56,199 bases of DNA from a candidate division FCPU426 bacterium (lineage in GTDB: Bacteria; Oederibacteriota; JAAXVQ01; JAUVAV01). The stretch lies in the NCBI GenBank assembly GCA_030637655.1, contig DAOWGI010000082.1:1-56199 (forward strand). The letters are read 5' to 3'. The notes beneath the pieces were generated by a model. The model worked only from the letters and a program-made list of their open reading frames with translations, was not told the origin of the DNA and made no database searches. A program made the position numbers and the translations under genes. Of this stretch, positions 9,628 to 18,820 are shown in pieces; the stretch's first letter is position 1; every line of letters starts with the position of its first letter.

Positions 9628-11433
9628 TTAAAACGCCTCTATCTCTTTCATTTTTTTTCTGACGCGTTCTAAATTTTCTGCGGCTTTTTGATTTTGGGGA
9701 TCTAAGACCAAAACATCATCCCAATCGGAAAAGGCTTCAACCAGTTTGTTTTCCACATAGTTTTGCACGCCTTTGAGATAAAGTTCATTGGCAGTAGCGG
9801 CCATTTTTGCTTTATTTGTTTCTAAATGCTCTCGAGCATCCTGGTTTTCAGGATCCATTTTTAGTATCTGCTTCCACTTCCTTACTGCGGAGACCAAATC
9901 TTTGCTCTGCAAACACATTTTAGCTTGCTGCAATAAATCCCTAATTTCTTTCTCCATCTTTTTTTGGGCTTTTTCAAGATATTTTTTAATCCGCACATCA
10001 CCGGGATTTTCAGTCAATAGTTTATTCCAAATATTTATCGCTTTGCGGTACTTCCCTCTTTTTAAATACTCAAGCCCTTTGGAAAAATAAGGAGCCGTAT
10101 TTTTACGGCCCTTATTTTTCTGCCGGCTATTTTTAGCGTAGGTCAGTTTTTTATTGACCTTTTTCAGCCACTTTCCAACCTGCTTATAGGAAGACATAAT
10201 ATCCTGCGCTTTACTCCACTCAATCAGAGCAGTAAGGTAATCTTTTTTCTCATATGCCCGCATGCCGACACGGAAATATTTATCCGTAGTTTTAGTTTTC
10301 AGGCATTTTTTCGCGTGCTGTATCTTCTTTCTCAAATCAGGATAGCGGGGATTCCGTATTAATACTTTTTCATAATAGAAAACCGCGCTTTTATAATCGC
10401 CTTTTTTAAAATATCTTTCCGCTGAGCGCATATAACCCTGAATAATCTTTTTTTGCCGGGCTTTAACTTTTTTTCCTAAACGCCGGATGATCTTTTCTTC
10501 CGCGGCAGTATTTCTGCCAAAGGGAAATGTGACTGCTACGCGATGAACATCTCCCAATTCCGCGTAAGGAGTATACGCGTAGTCTATTTTGTAATTAGAA
10601 ATATCAGCTCCCAGCCCGCAGGTCAATCCGGAAAGTGGTCCCAGATCATTGCCAAACTGGAGATACTTATACCCGGCTCTTAAAAAGATCATTCCCGCAA
10701 TATTATACTCTGTTCCGATTTTAAAACTCATCTCCTGTTGAAAAGGTTTGCATAGGTCAAAGGTTACGAGTAACTTCTGATCAAACAAACGATAACCGGC
10801 TCCCAATTGCGCTGCCATGGGAAGAGGGTGCGATTTTTCAATAAATTTGATCGGCAGGCCGAGGTTTTTGATGGTCAACCCTACATTGAAGCTGGGAATT
10901 ATTTCACTCATAAAAAAACTCAGGTCTCCGGCCAGGCTCCAGGCAGCATAGGTATCAATGACTTGATAGATCCCTTTTATGCTGATACCGGCCGCGCAAT
11001 GCTTGGCAAACGCGCGGCTCCAGGCTAAACTCAAATAGGTGTCATAGGCGTTAAAGTATTCCGGTTCCGAAGAAACAGAAGTGGTTTTTTCAAGTTGGTT
11101 AATATAGGAAAAAAAAACATTAATGCCCAGGGCATCCTGGTTGGATATCGGCATACTAAAAGCGAAATATTCGTCCCGAAATTTATGAATAAATTCCGTA
11201 TGCGCGGCGAGTAATTCAATATTTTTAATTCGTACCATGCCGGCGGGATTCCAAAACACAGTATTGGCATCTTCCGCTACTCCGGTGAAGGCTTCGCCCA
11301 TGGCAGCTGCCCTGGCGCCGACAGATTCGTTCAGGTAAACGGCCCCAATTGATTCATCCTCAGCCCAATTATAGCCTGGAAAATTAAGTAAAAAAACACA
11401 GGCTGAAATAATAATCAATAAGCGTAATCTCAT
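9628..11433 (-). CDS. PorV/PorQ-family outer-membrane beta-barrel protein with C-terminal TPR region
   Basis: Signal peptide; GARAAAMGEAF..DANTVFWNPAG motif; barrel end DYAYTPYAELGDVHRVAVTF; TPR-like repeats (e.g. VLVLDPQNQKA). Confidence 0.85.
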   Translation of the reverse strand: MRLRLLIIISACVFLLNFPGYNWAEDESIGAVYLNESVGARAAAMGEAFTGVAEDANTVFWNPAGMVRIKNIELLAAHTEFIHKFRDEYFAFSMPISNQDALGINVFFSYINQLEKTTSVSSEPEYFNAYDTYLSLAWSRAFAKHCAAGISIKGIYQVIDTYAAWSLAGDLSFFMSEIIPSFNVGLTIKNLGLPIKFIEKSHPLPMAAQLGAGYRLFDQKLLVTFDLCKPFQQEMSFKIGTEYNIAGMIFLRAGYKYLQFGNDLGPLSGLTCGLGADISNYKIDYAYTPYAELGDVHRVAVTFPFGRNTAAEEKIIRRLGKKVKARQKKIIQGYMRSAERYFKKGDYKSAVFYYEKVLIRNPRYPDLRKKIQHAKKCLKTKTTDKYFRVGMRAYEKKDYLTALIEWSKAQDIMSSYKQVGKWLKKVNKKLTYAKNSRQKNKGRKNTAPYFSKGLEYLKRGKYRKAINIWNKLLTENPGDVRIKKYLEKAQKKMEKEIRDLLQQAKMCLQSKDLVSAVRKWKQILKMDPENQDAREHLETNKAKMAATANELYLKGVQNYVENKLVEAFSDWDDVLVLDPQNQKAAENLERVRKKMKEIEAF

Positions 11434-11456
11434 TTTTCCATCCTTAACTGCTGTCG

Positions 11457-11729
11457 GGTATTGTCAAAAATATTTGATTTAAATTCTTAAAAATGCTTTT
11501 AATTAAAGTTTTTTGTTATTATACCACGCTCTCCTAAAGCCACGCTTATTTAAAAGATTCACCACAGAGGCACAGAGGGCACAGAGTTACACAAAGGAAA
11601 GATTAAATAAAATCTTTAGAATTTATGTATTAATACCATCAATTTTTTGTTTTTTCTATGAACCTTTGTGTCCTCTGTGCCTCTGTGGTGAATCTTTTCA
11701 TTTTTTAGCATTTTATTTTTGACATTACC
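11457..11729. mobile_element. MITE-like element with GGTA(A/T)TGTCAAAAATA TIRs and an inverted CACAGAG repeat core
   Basis: 16-bp TIR with 1 mismatch (11457-11472 / 11714-11729); core attcaccacagaggcacagagggcacagag ... ctttgtgtcctctgtgcctctgtggtgaat. Confidence 0.7.
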
Positions 11730-11766
11730 GTTTGAGCATTTAGTCATAGACTAATTGCTCAAACTC

Positions 11767-13941
11767 CTAATTTATTACCGCAAAATCCTTGGTTATTCTC
11801 TTATTACCAAACGCGGATTTGGCTTCTATTACATATAAGTATATCCCAACGGCATATTGGGAGATGTCATAGGTGATATTATTCCCCTGAGAACCGCCTT
11901 GGGCTGAAACGTGGAGTTTATCCACTTCTTTCCCCATTTTATTGTAAAACCGAATGGTTATTTCAGCATCTACTGATAACTGCACATAAATCTGTATTGT
12001 TGGGACAGACACTGCTGGATTGGGAATAACACGAACGTTTTGAAACTCAAAAGTATTAGCCAGACTAAAACTTCTAGTCACAGACACCGGGCCCTGGTAT
12101 GTTCCGTCTAGCGCATATACCCGCCACCAATATGGTTTTTGACGTTGCAACTGTATGCCGGATGGAAGCGTAAACGCGGCAGTATTGTTTGCTTGGTAAA
12201 AAGCCTCACTCCATCCGGTTTGATCCTGCGTCTGATCAAAGACCTTCCATATATTCTGAAAATTATCTTCACTTAATTCTAAACGTCCTTTTAAAGTGTT
12301 TCCTGAATCACTTGCCAGTTTGAATTGAAAAGTAATCCGTGAATCCGGGGCCTGGTAATTATCATCAGGAAAAATCAGTTGTGGAGTCAGCGGCGGGGTG
12401 AGCGCAGTTTTAAAATAAAAAATATCCGACATGCTAGTTTGCAAATATTGGTCAAATGCCCTGACTTGCCAATAATAACCGGTATTAGGCAGCAAGACAT
12501 CATTATTAAGCAGCTGACAGGTGGCAGTAACTCCGGCATAGGCTTGCGCCAATGGATAAACAGATTTGTCCCAGCCGGAATAAGAATCATCCAAAAGCTG
12601 TGGATTTGACAAATCCGCGGCTCTTGAAAGTACCAGCTCAAAGGTTAGCGTGTCGCCGTCAGGATCCGAACCTAGAACTCTGAACGCAGGCAATATGCTG
12701 ACATCGATTTGATTTTTCCCTGGTTGTATTAATTGCGGCAGACAGGGGTCATTATTGCTGGTGGCAGTTAAGCTTCGGGAACCCGAATCAACCCAGTCAA
12801 CGCCTTCATTGCTTGTAACCGAGACACTCCAATAATAGGTTGTGCCGCCTTCTAATTCAAATTGGAGAGTATAGCTTGCTTGTTCATCTGACGCATAGTA
12901 GGGTTTGCTCCATCCGCTATCGGGATTTAATTGACTCGCAGTGAAAATGACTGGCGTAAATGAATCATTCAAACTTAGCAATAATTGATATTTTAAGAAT
13001 TTTGCATCAGCCGGATCTGTGGCAATAAAATTAAAGGTTGGAGACCTGCCCACTTGTTGCTCATTTGCAGGTGAGATTAACTGGGGTGAATCCGGACCCG
13101 GAGTAGAACCTTCATTGATTTCTCCAGAAATGCCCCCCAGTGCATTAATGCTGCCAGGGTCGCCGGCGTTACGTAGGAGACTGCATCCCAAATCGCCAAA
13201 CGTGTGTTTAACAAATTTAATTCTTCCGCCGCCTCCACCGCCAGCAGCACCAAAAGAATCAAATGAACTGCCACCATGTCCACCAGAAACATTCAAAACA
13301 GACCCCGAGTTCAGCAAGGTGTACATCCCATTCAATAAAATACACCCGCCCGAGCCTCCACCTACTCCATCATGTGCTGTCGTATTACCTCTGGCATCAA
13401 GTTGTGCAGTAGCGCCAAGGGTTAAGCTGATCGCATCAAGCCGGACACATCCTCCTCCGAACCCGGAACGATCATCCCCCATGCCGGCTCCTCCGCCAAA
13501 GGAACCAACGTCTTCTAAATAAGCTACACTATTATACGTGTTTCCTCCTGCACCGGGACTTCCAGTAGCATCCTCTCCTCCGCCCCCTTTACCTCCGTAG
13601 CCTCCACCACCAGCACCATTTCCAAGTCCGGAAGACCCTTCACCACTCCCCATGGTATTGCAACTAACAGCAACAGCATTAATCGTTCCTTCAATAATAA
13701 TCTGCGGCGCTATCAGATTTAATTTCCCAATATCAGCGCCGCCATCATAGGGCGAAACATATATTGTCCCGCCGTCTTTTACATGGATTAACTCACTTTT
13801 ATATATTTTTCCGGAAAGAGTAATTTTTTCGGTGTTTTCTACAATTAATTCTTTAGTGGTATTTTCTAAGGCCTGGGCTTGATAAGCAAGGCACACTGAG
13901 GCTAGGATGAAGATGCTGTATAATATATTTGGTTTTATCAT
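11767..13941 (-). CDS. Secreted glycine-rich/FN3-like repeat protein with a T9SS type-A-like C-terminal sorting domain
   Basis: Likely start MIKPNIL (13941) with signal peptide; GGGxGG-rich segment; three PxLIxP...YYWxV Ig/FN3-like modules; C-terminus IPNP..IRFYNKMG..GIYLYVI..FAVIN. Confidence 0.8.
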   Translation of the reverse strand: MIKPNILYSIFILASVCLAYQAQALENTTKELIVENTEKITLSGKIYKSELIHVKDGGTIYVSPYDGGADIGKLNLIAPQIIIEGTINAVAVSCNTMGSGEGSSGLGNGAGGGGYGGKGGGGEDATGSPGAGGNTYNSVAYLEDVGSFGGGAGMGDDRSGFGGGCVRLDAISLTLGATAQLDARGNTTAHDGVGGGSGGCILLNGMYTLLNSGSVLNVSGGHGGSSFDSFGAAGGGGGGRIKFVKHTFGDLGCSLLRNAGDPGSINALGGISGEINEGSTPGPDSPQLISPANEQQVGRSPTFNFIATDPADAKFLKYQLLLSLNDSFTPVIFTASQLNPDSGWSKPYYASDEQASYTLQFELEGGTTYYWSVSVTSNEGVDWVDSGSRSLTATSNNDPCLPQLIQPGKNQIDVSILPAFRVLGSDPDGDTLTFELVLSRAADLSNPQLLDDSYSGWDKSVYPLAQAYAGVTATCQLLNNDVLLPNTGYYWQVRAFDQYLQTSMSDIFYFKTALTPPLTPQLIFPDDNYQAPDSRITFQFKLASDSGNTLKGRLELSEDNFQNIWKVFDQTQDQTGWSEAFYQANNTAAFTLPSGIQLQRQKPYWWRVYALDGTYQGPVSVTRSFSLANTFEFQNVRVIPNPAVSVPTIQIYVQLSVDAEITIRFYNKMGKEVDKLHVSAQGGSQGNNITYDISQYAVGIYLYVIEAKSAFGNKRITKDFAVIN

Positions 13942-14004
13942 TGTATTCTGCCTTCTTCGCGGCGCCGCCCCAACCAATGTCACCTCTTGATTTTCTTTCA
14001 AACA

Positions 14005-14144
14005 GTAGCATGTCAGTAAACTGCAGTTAAACAAAGATTGTCATTCCCGCATGGTTTTAGCGGGAATCTGGTTTTTTAAACCGTATCCCCGATACAAGCG
14101 TTCGGGGATGACAAACTAAGAAAAACACTTCACTGACATATTAC
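14005..14144. mobile_element. MITE-like element, ATGTCAGTGAA TIR family, with GTCATTCCCG hairpin core
   Basis: TIRs gtagcatgtcagtaaa / ttcactgacatattac; core gtcattcccgc..gcgggaat and atccccga..tcggggatgac; degenerate 8-bp flanks ttcaaaca/cttaaaca; core shared with 34874..35048. Confidence 0.72.
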
Positions 14145-14333
14145 CTTAAACAAGATAGAAATATTGCCATACCTTCCTACATAGTATAGTATACAGTATT
14201 TCCGTATTTATTGCCACCTCAACTCCGTAATAGTTTCTGTTGCGAAAAGGTTGTTTTCTTAATGGATTATCGGCCTAAACAGCCCCATTTTTAATCATTG
14301 ACACATTATTTCGGATTTTGATAAACTTTTCTT

Positions 14334-14487
14334 GAGAACCAATTGTAAATAGCGTAAGCACGGTTCTGAGAGGGTCTGGAACCAAGCGGTGTATGGTCGC
14401 AATATTGTGACCTTGCCGGGAAACCAGGCGGAAACTGGTGAAAACAAACCTCAGCCTGTAGCTTTGGGAGAAACCGGGCTACTTGAC
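14334..14487 (+). ncRNA. Group II intron 3' remnant (degenerate domain V plus domain VI), no RT ORF
   Basis: gagaacc..taaatagcgtaagcacggttctgagaggg resembles DV; DVI stem gagggtctgg / ccgggct-A-ctt has a bulged A as the 7th nt from the terminal ..ctacttgac. Confidence 0.72.
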
Positions 14488-14600
14488 TGCAACTAACAAT
14501 AGAACACATTTTATTACATATATAATATTTATTTCCCCACTATAGTCACTGAGTGTATTTTGGTTGCTGTGAAAGAAAAAAAAAAGGGGGGGGCGATAAA

Positions 14601-15980
14601 ATGTCTATTGTTCATCTGCTAAATTGTATTAATTCTGTAAAAAAAACAAATAAATTAAATCCAAATCAAATTCTTGTCCTGCAAAAGAAACGGCTTAAAA
14701 AATTATTAAAACATGTTATGCAAAATTCATCCTTCTATAGAAAATATTATAAACTAAACGGAATTAATGATGGAAATATTGATTTTATAGAACTAAAAGA
14801 CATACCTCCGATTGATAAAGAAATTATGATGCGAAACTATAATCATTTTGTCTGCAATCCTGAACTTAAAAGACATGAATTGGAAAGGTTTATCAGCAAT
14901 CCCGAAAACCGCGGAAAATTATACAAGCATACTTACCAAGTTATTCATACTTCAGGATCTACTGGAACCATAGGTATATTTGTTTATGGCCCCAACGATT
15001 GGGATATTCTCAAGGCCATGGCAATATCCAGAGTCACAAAATCCAAGATCAATCCGTTTAGCAAATCCAAACTTGCTTTCATTGGTGCAACGGATGGGCA
15101 TTATGCCGGTATAAGCTTGGCACAAGATGCCCCTCGTTTTTTATTTAAATTCATGCCCTTTAACATCAATTCCTCTATTTATGAAATAATCAGCAAGTTG
15201 AACGATTATCAGCCTGACGCCTTAAGTGGATATTCATCCGGAATCTACCTGCTGGCCTCAGAACAATTAAAGGGGATTTTAAATATTCATCCCAAAAAAA
15301 TAATTTGTTCAGGTGATCATCTAACGCCCGGAATGGCTAAAATATTGTTGGCAGCGTTTAATATTAAGCCAACCAGATTTTATGCCTCTTCTGAATCCAT
15401 CTGCTCAGGCGCGGAATGTGAACAAGGAACCTTTCATCTTTACAATGATTGGCACGGATTTGAAGTCGTTGATGGCAATTTTAATCCTGTCCCGCCTAAT
15501 GGCCATGGGAGACTGCTTTTGACTAATCTATATAATTATACTCAACCCCTAATACGCTATAAAATGAATGACGAAATAGTATTAAGCAACAAATCATGTC
15601 AATGCGGACTTCCGTTTCCAACTATTAAAAGTATCGCCGGCAGGGACGAAGATTTTCTCTGGTTTGAAAAAACCAATGGCAAGCTTGAGTTTATTCACCC
15701 TATCGTATTTGTTGAATTCCATGTTCCGGGACTGGAACGTTTTCAGATCATTCAAGCTCATAAAAATCAGCTTACTTTCAAAGCTATTGTTCCTGGAAAT
15801 AAACATGAGATAAGCTTATTAATTCGAGAAAGAATGCGCGAGATATTATCACAGAAAGAATTAGTTAATTTAGTCAATATTGATATTGAATTTGTTAAAG
15901 AAATAAAAAACCAGCCAAAAACCGGAAAATTCAAACTGATCATCCCATACCAGGCGGCTATTTCAAAAAAGATAAATTGA
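14601..15980 (+). CDS. Phenylacetate-CoA ligase family (PaaK/CapK-like) adenylate-forming protein
   Basis: HTSGSTG P-loop, YASSE, LLLTNLYNYTQPLIRY..D, GR, C-terminal TGKFKLI; start moved to ATG 14601 after a G-rich RBS; AT-rich relative to neighbours. Confidence 0.88.
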   Translation: MSIVHLLNCINSVKKTNKLNPNQILVLQKKRLKKLLKHVMQNSSFYRKYYKLNGINDGNIDFIELKDIPPIDKEIMMRNYNHFVCNPELKRHELERFISNPENRGKLYKHTYQVIHTSGSTGTIGIFVYGPNDWDILKAMAISRVTKSKINPFSKSKLAFIGATDGHYAGISLAQDAPRFLFKFMPFNINSSIYEIISKLNDYQPDALSGYSSGIYLLASEQLKGILNIHPKKIICSGDHLTPGMAKILLAAFNIKPTRFYASSESICSGAECEQGTFHLYNDWHGFEVVDGNFNPVPPNGHGRLLLTNLYNYTQPLIRYKMNDEIVLSNKSCQCGLPFPTIKSIAGRDEDFLWFEKTNGKLEFIHPIVFVEFHVPGLERFQIIQAHKNQLTFKAIVPGNKHEISLLIRERMREILSQKELVNLVNIDIEFVKEIKNQPKTGKFKLIIPYQAAISKKIN

Positions 15981-16053
15981 AAAAAATAGTCAACGTTCAC
16001 CTGTAATAGTCACGACTTGATTATACAAGAAATGTCAGATCACAGCAGAATTA

Positions 16054-16083
16054 AGCAGGGGCGGCCGGACGGTCGCCCCTGCT
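16054..16083. terminator. GC-rich hairpin between convergent genes (REP-like or bidirectional terminator)
   Basis: agcaggggcggcc-ggac-ggtcgcccctgct, 13-bp stem with one G-T pair. Confidence 0.55.
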
Positions 16084-16151
16084 ATTTCAGTGTGCATAAT
16101 GGAGAACCGGTCAAAAAAAAGCGAAGTCAGACCGGTGCTTTGGGTGGCGAC

Positions 16152-18587
16152 TCAAAACTTAAAAGTATAATCCGCGTTCACCCGGACAATTCTTTCCCCT
16201 TTGATATAATTGTCCTTAACAGTATTGTAAACCATTGGGTTTTCAAAAATATTGAAAGCAGCTATAGTCAAACCCACACCTTTATACTTTCCACCCACAC
16301 TGAGATCATACTGGTTCAGCCACTTTGCCTTGATCGGCATAGCCCCTTTTTCAATATCAGAAAACAACTCAGTTACTCCAACCTGCTTGGGCATACGGCC
16401 AAAATGCGCATAGAAATTGAGAAAGAAAAGATTTTCATAATTAAAGCCGAGCATTCCATTGAACATATCCGCCACGCCTTCGGCCCAGGAGGGATGCTGA
16501 GGCGATTGGCGGGAATAAAGGTTAATGCGGGTATAATTTAATTTCAACTGGGTGTAAGCAATTGGCCGAAAAGTACTTTCCAGCTCTATTCCATGGCCGA
16601 TCCGGCTATTGTTATTAGACCAGGAAATCATGGCAGGCGCCTGATTCAATTCTCTCGTATAAAATAATGCGGGCGGAGAATATACAAACAAAGGTGCCAG
16701 CTCATAATCAAATTGGATCTCATCCTTGGTTTCCCAGTAAAAATATCCGCCTTTGATTTGGAACCATTTTCCTATTTCATACTCAATGCCGGCTTCACAT
16801 TGTTCGATCTTTTCCGGCTTTAAATCCGCGTTGCCGACGGCCTCATAAAAACCGTAATTATACTGAGTATAACGTTCCATGAAAACCGGCGCCCGGAAGG
16901 CGCTGCCATATAAGGCTTTTATTCTCAGCTCCGATAAGGGCGAATAAATAATACTTCCGCGCGGGCTGAGATTGCTGCCATAAGCCGTATTATAGTCATA
17001 CCGTAAGCCGGCCAGAATAATTAGATTATCCAGGGCATGATACTCATCCTGGAGATAAAACGCATAGTTCTGGTCTGAAACCGTTTCGCTGGAATAAATG
17101 ATTCCTTGGCACCAGTCGTGGGTCAGGCTCAGGCCGGCAATGAAATAATTATTTTGCGGCCAGGCCAAATCATATTGAGCTTCAAACAGAATTTCATTTA
17201 AGGGCCCGCGCCGGCTCATTTCTTCTTCCAGGAAAGTTCCATCCAATAGTCCCATAGCCTCATTAAAGGTTATGTAATAACCGCCTACAGCGTCTGTAAT
17301 CGGTGAGATGTTGTTGTTTGCATCAATAATCATTATGGCCCCGGGCGGCAGGTCGGCTATGGAACCAATTTTAATTCTGTTTATATTATAAATTACTTGA
17401 CGCGTATCATTTTTATAATAATAAGTATCTTCCAGACGCAGGCTCAACTTGGATAACTCATCTAACTCGAAATTGTATTTCATGTCCAGATAAAAGGATT
17501 CTTCGTAGTTTTGATGCCGCGGAGTGGGGGTATAAACAGAGCCGACAAAAGGATCTTCCATTTTATGATACCCGGCCCGCACCACCCAATCATCCTTGTA
17601 CTTCAAGGACAGATCGGCCTTATTGCCTTCAAATAGCTCATTGGGAGCTTCCAGGTTAATCGGATCAAACCCTAATTGCCGCCAATAACCGGCGCTCACA
17701 GTATAATTGAGATCCCCGGTTTTTTTCCCATAGGTTGAGAGATAATATTGCGAGAGTTCCGCGTCGCCCGGCTTGGAGCCTACGCTCAACTTGGTGTTGA
17801 GGCCGCCAATATCCTGCCCGTCCTTGGTAATAATATTAATAACACCGGAAAACGCGTTGGCTCCGTAAAGCGATGAGCCCGGGCCTTTTACTATTTCAAT
17901 TTGTTTGATATTGTCTAAATTATAACCAAAATTAGCGTTGTAATTTCCAAAATCAATAGTATTTATCTTGCGCCCGTCAATTAAGACCAATATTTTATTA
18001 TTGTAAGAAGCCTGCATACCTCTAAAACGCATGGTTTCAAATATGCCTTCGTAGGCAATCTCCGTGCCGGCATAGTTTATTAACAGCTCCTTTAAGGTCA
18101 AGACTCCTTTTTCTCTGATTTCCTGCTCACTAATAATTGTTACGCTGCCCGGCACTTCGGAAAGTTTCTGCAAACGCTTGGTGGCAGTGGTAACAAAAAT
18201 TTCATCAAACAGCCATAGTTCACTTACCTTTATATTAGAAAGCACAGTTGCTTTTTCAGTTTGCTTCTGTGGTGCGCTTTCTTTAATTGGTTGAACGTCT
18301 TCCTGAGGAACCAACACCTCCGTTGATTTCTGTTCAACAACTGAACCGGTTTCTGTTTGTTCAATTGATTTCTGTGGCGCGCTTTCTTTAATTGGTTGAA
18401 CGTCTTCCTTGGGAGCCAACACCTCCGTGGATTCCTGTTCAACAACTGAACCGGATTCTGTTTGTTCAATTGACTTCACCGGTTTATTATCAATCGTCTC
18501 GGCCATAACTCTGCTTAAACCGAAACTCAAACCCAAAAGCAGACCTGCTCCTGAAATTACCGCGTATTTTAATATCCTCCACCCCAT
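16152..18587 (-). CDS. TonB-dependent outer-membrane receptor
   Basis: Signal peptide; VTTAT TonB-box region; plug motifs LVLIDGR, IKQIEIVKGPGSSLYGANAFSGVINIITK; GNADLKPE; C-terminal Phe; start ATG 18587 after GAGGGGG. Confidence 0.93.
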   Translation of the reverse strand: MGWRILKYAVISGAGLLLGLSFGLSRVMAETIDNKPVKSIEQTESGSVVEQESTEVLAPKEDVQPIKESAPQKSIEQTETGSVVEQKSTEVLVPQEDVQPIKESAPQKQTEKATVLSNIKVSELWLFDEIFVTTATKRLQKLSEVPGSVTIISEQEIREKGVLTLKELLINYAGTEIAYEGIFETMRFRGMQASYNNKILVLIDGRKINTIDFGNYNANFGYNLDNIKQIEIVKGPGSSLYGANAFSGVINIITKDGQDIGGLNTKLSVGSKPGDAELSQYYLSTYGKKTGDLNYTVSAGYWRQLGFDPINLEAPNELFEGNKADLSLKYKDDWVVRAGYHKMEDPFVGSVYTPTPRHQNYEESFYLDMKYNFELDELSKLSLRLEDTYYYKNDTRQVIYNINRIKIGSIADLPPGAIMIIDANNNISPITDAVGGYYITFNEAMGLLDGTFLEEEMSRRGPLNEILFEAQYDLAWPQNNYFIAGLSLTHDWCQGIIYSSETVSDQNYAFYLQDEYHALDNLIILAGLRYDYNTAYGSNLSPRGSIIYSPLSELRIKALYGSAFRAPVFMERYTQYNYGFYEAVGNADLKPEKIEQCEAGIEYEIGKWFQIKGGYFYWETKDEIQFDYELAPLFVYSPPALFYTRELNQAPAMISWSNNNSRIGHGIELESTFRPIAYTQLKLNYTRINLYSRQSPQHPSWAEGVADMFNGMLGFNYENLFFLNFYAHFGRMPKQVGVTELFSDIEKGAMPIKAKWLNQYDLSVGGKYKGVGLTIAAFNIFENPMVYNTVKDNYIKGERIVRVNADYTFKF
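18265..18476 (-). repeat. 105-bp (35-aa) tandem duplication in the receptor N-terminal extension
   Basis: KSIEQTE(S/T)GSVVEQ(E/K)STEVL(A/V)P(K/Q)EDVQPIKESAPQ twice; ttctgtgg recurs at 18265 and 18370. Confidence 0.9.
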
Positions 18588-18782
18588 AATAATCCCCCTC
18601 TTTGTTTGCAATTATTTGTCTGGCAACAAGCTACGACGTATAATAAATGGGGTAAATATCCCCCTATCCAAGTTAAGGATATATTCGGATACTTTTCCTT
18701 AAACCTTTAAATTTTTTTCGGGCCAAGGGCACCATGGATGGTTTTTAAATGAGGGCAGCCGTATGTATTATTAAATTCGCAT

Positions 18783-18820
18783 TGCAAGTAGGGAATGGTC
18801 GCGACCATTCCCTACTTGCA
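18783..18820. repeat. Perfect 38-bp palindrome, GTAG-type REP-like element
   Basis: tgcaagtagggaatggtcg|cgaccattccctacttgca, directly abutting the stop codon of 18821..19975. Confidence 0.85.

Noticed and set aside
11513-11722. 69-aa ORF containing FTTEAQRAQS / PLCPLCLCGE
   Set aside because: It is the translation of the CACAGAG inverted-repeat core of a MITE, a typical spurious ORF.
13942-14034. Upstream extension of the 11767 ORF
   Set aside because: It starts inside the MITE at 14005..14144; the signal peptide begins at MIKPNIL.
14601-16050. Integron gene cassette for the AT-rich CoA ligase gene
   Set aside because: No convincing attC (RYYYAAC...GTTRRRY) structure downstream and no integrase in the window.
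18590-18780. Cobalamin or other riboswitch upstream of the TonB receptor
   Set aside because: No B12-box or other recognisable aptamer motif was found by eye; a covariance search would be needed to exclude it fully.
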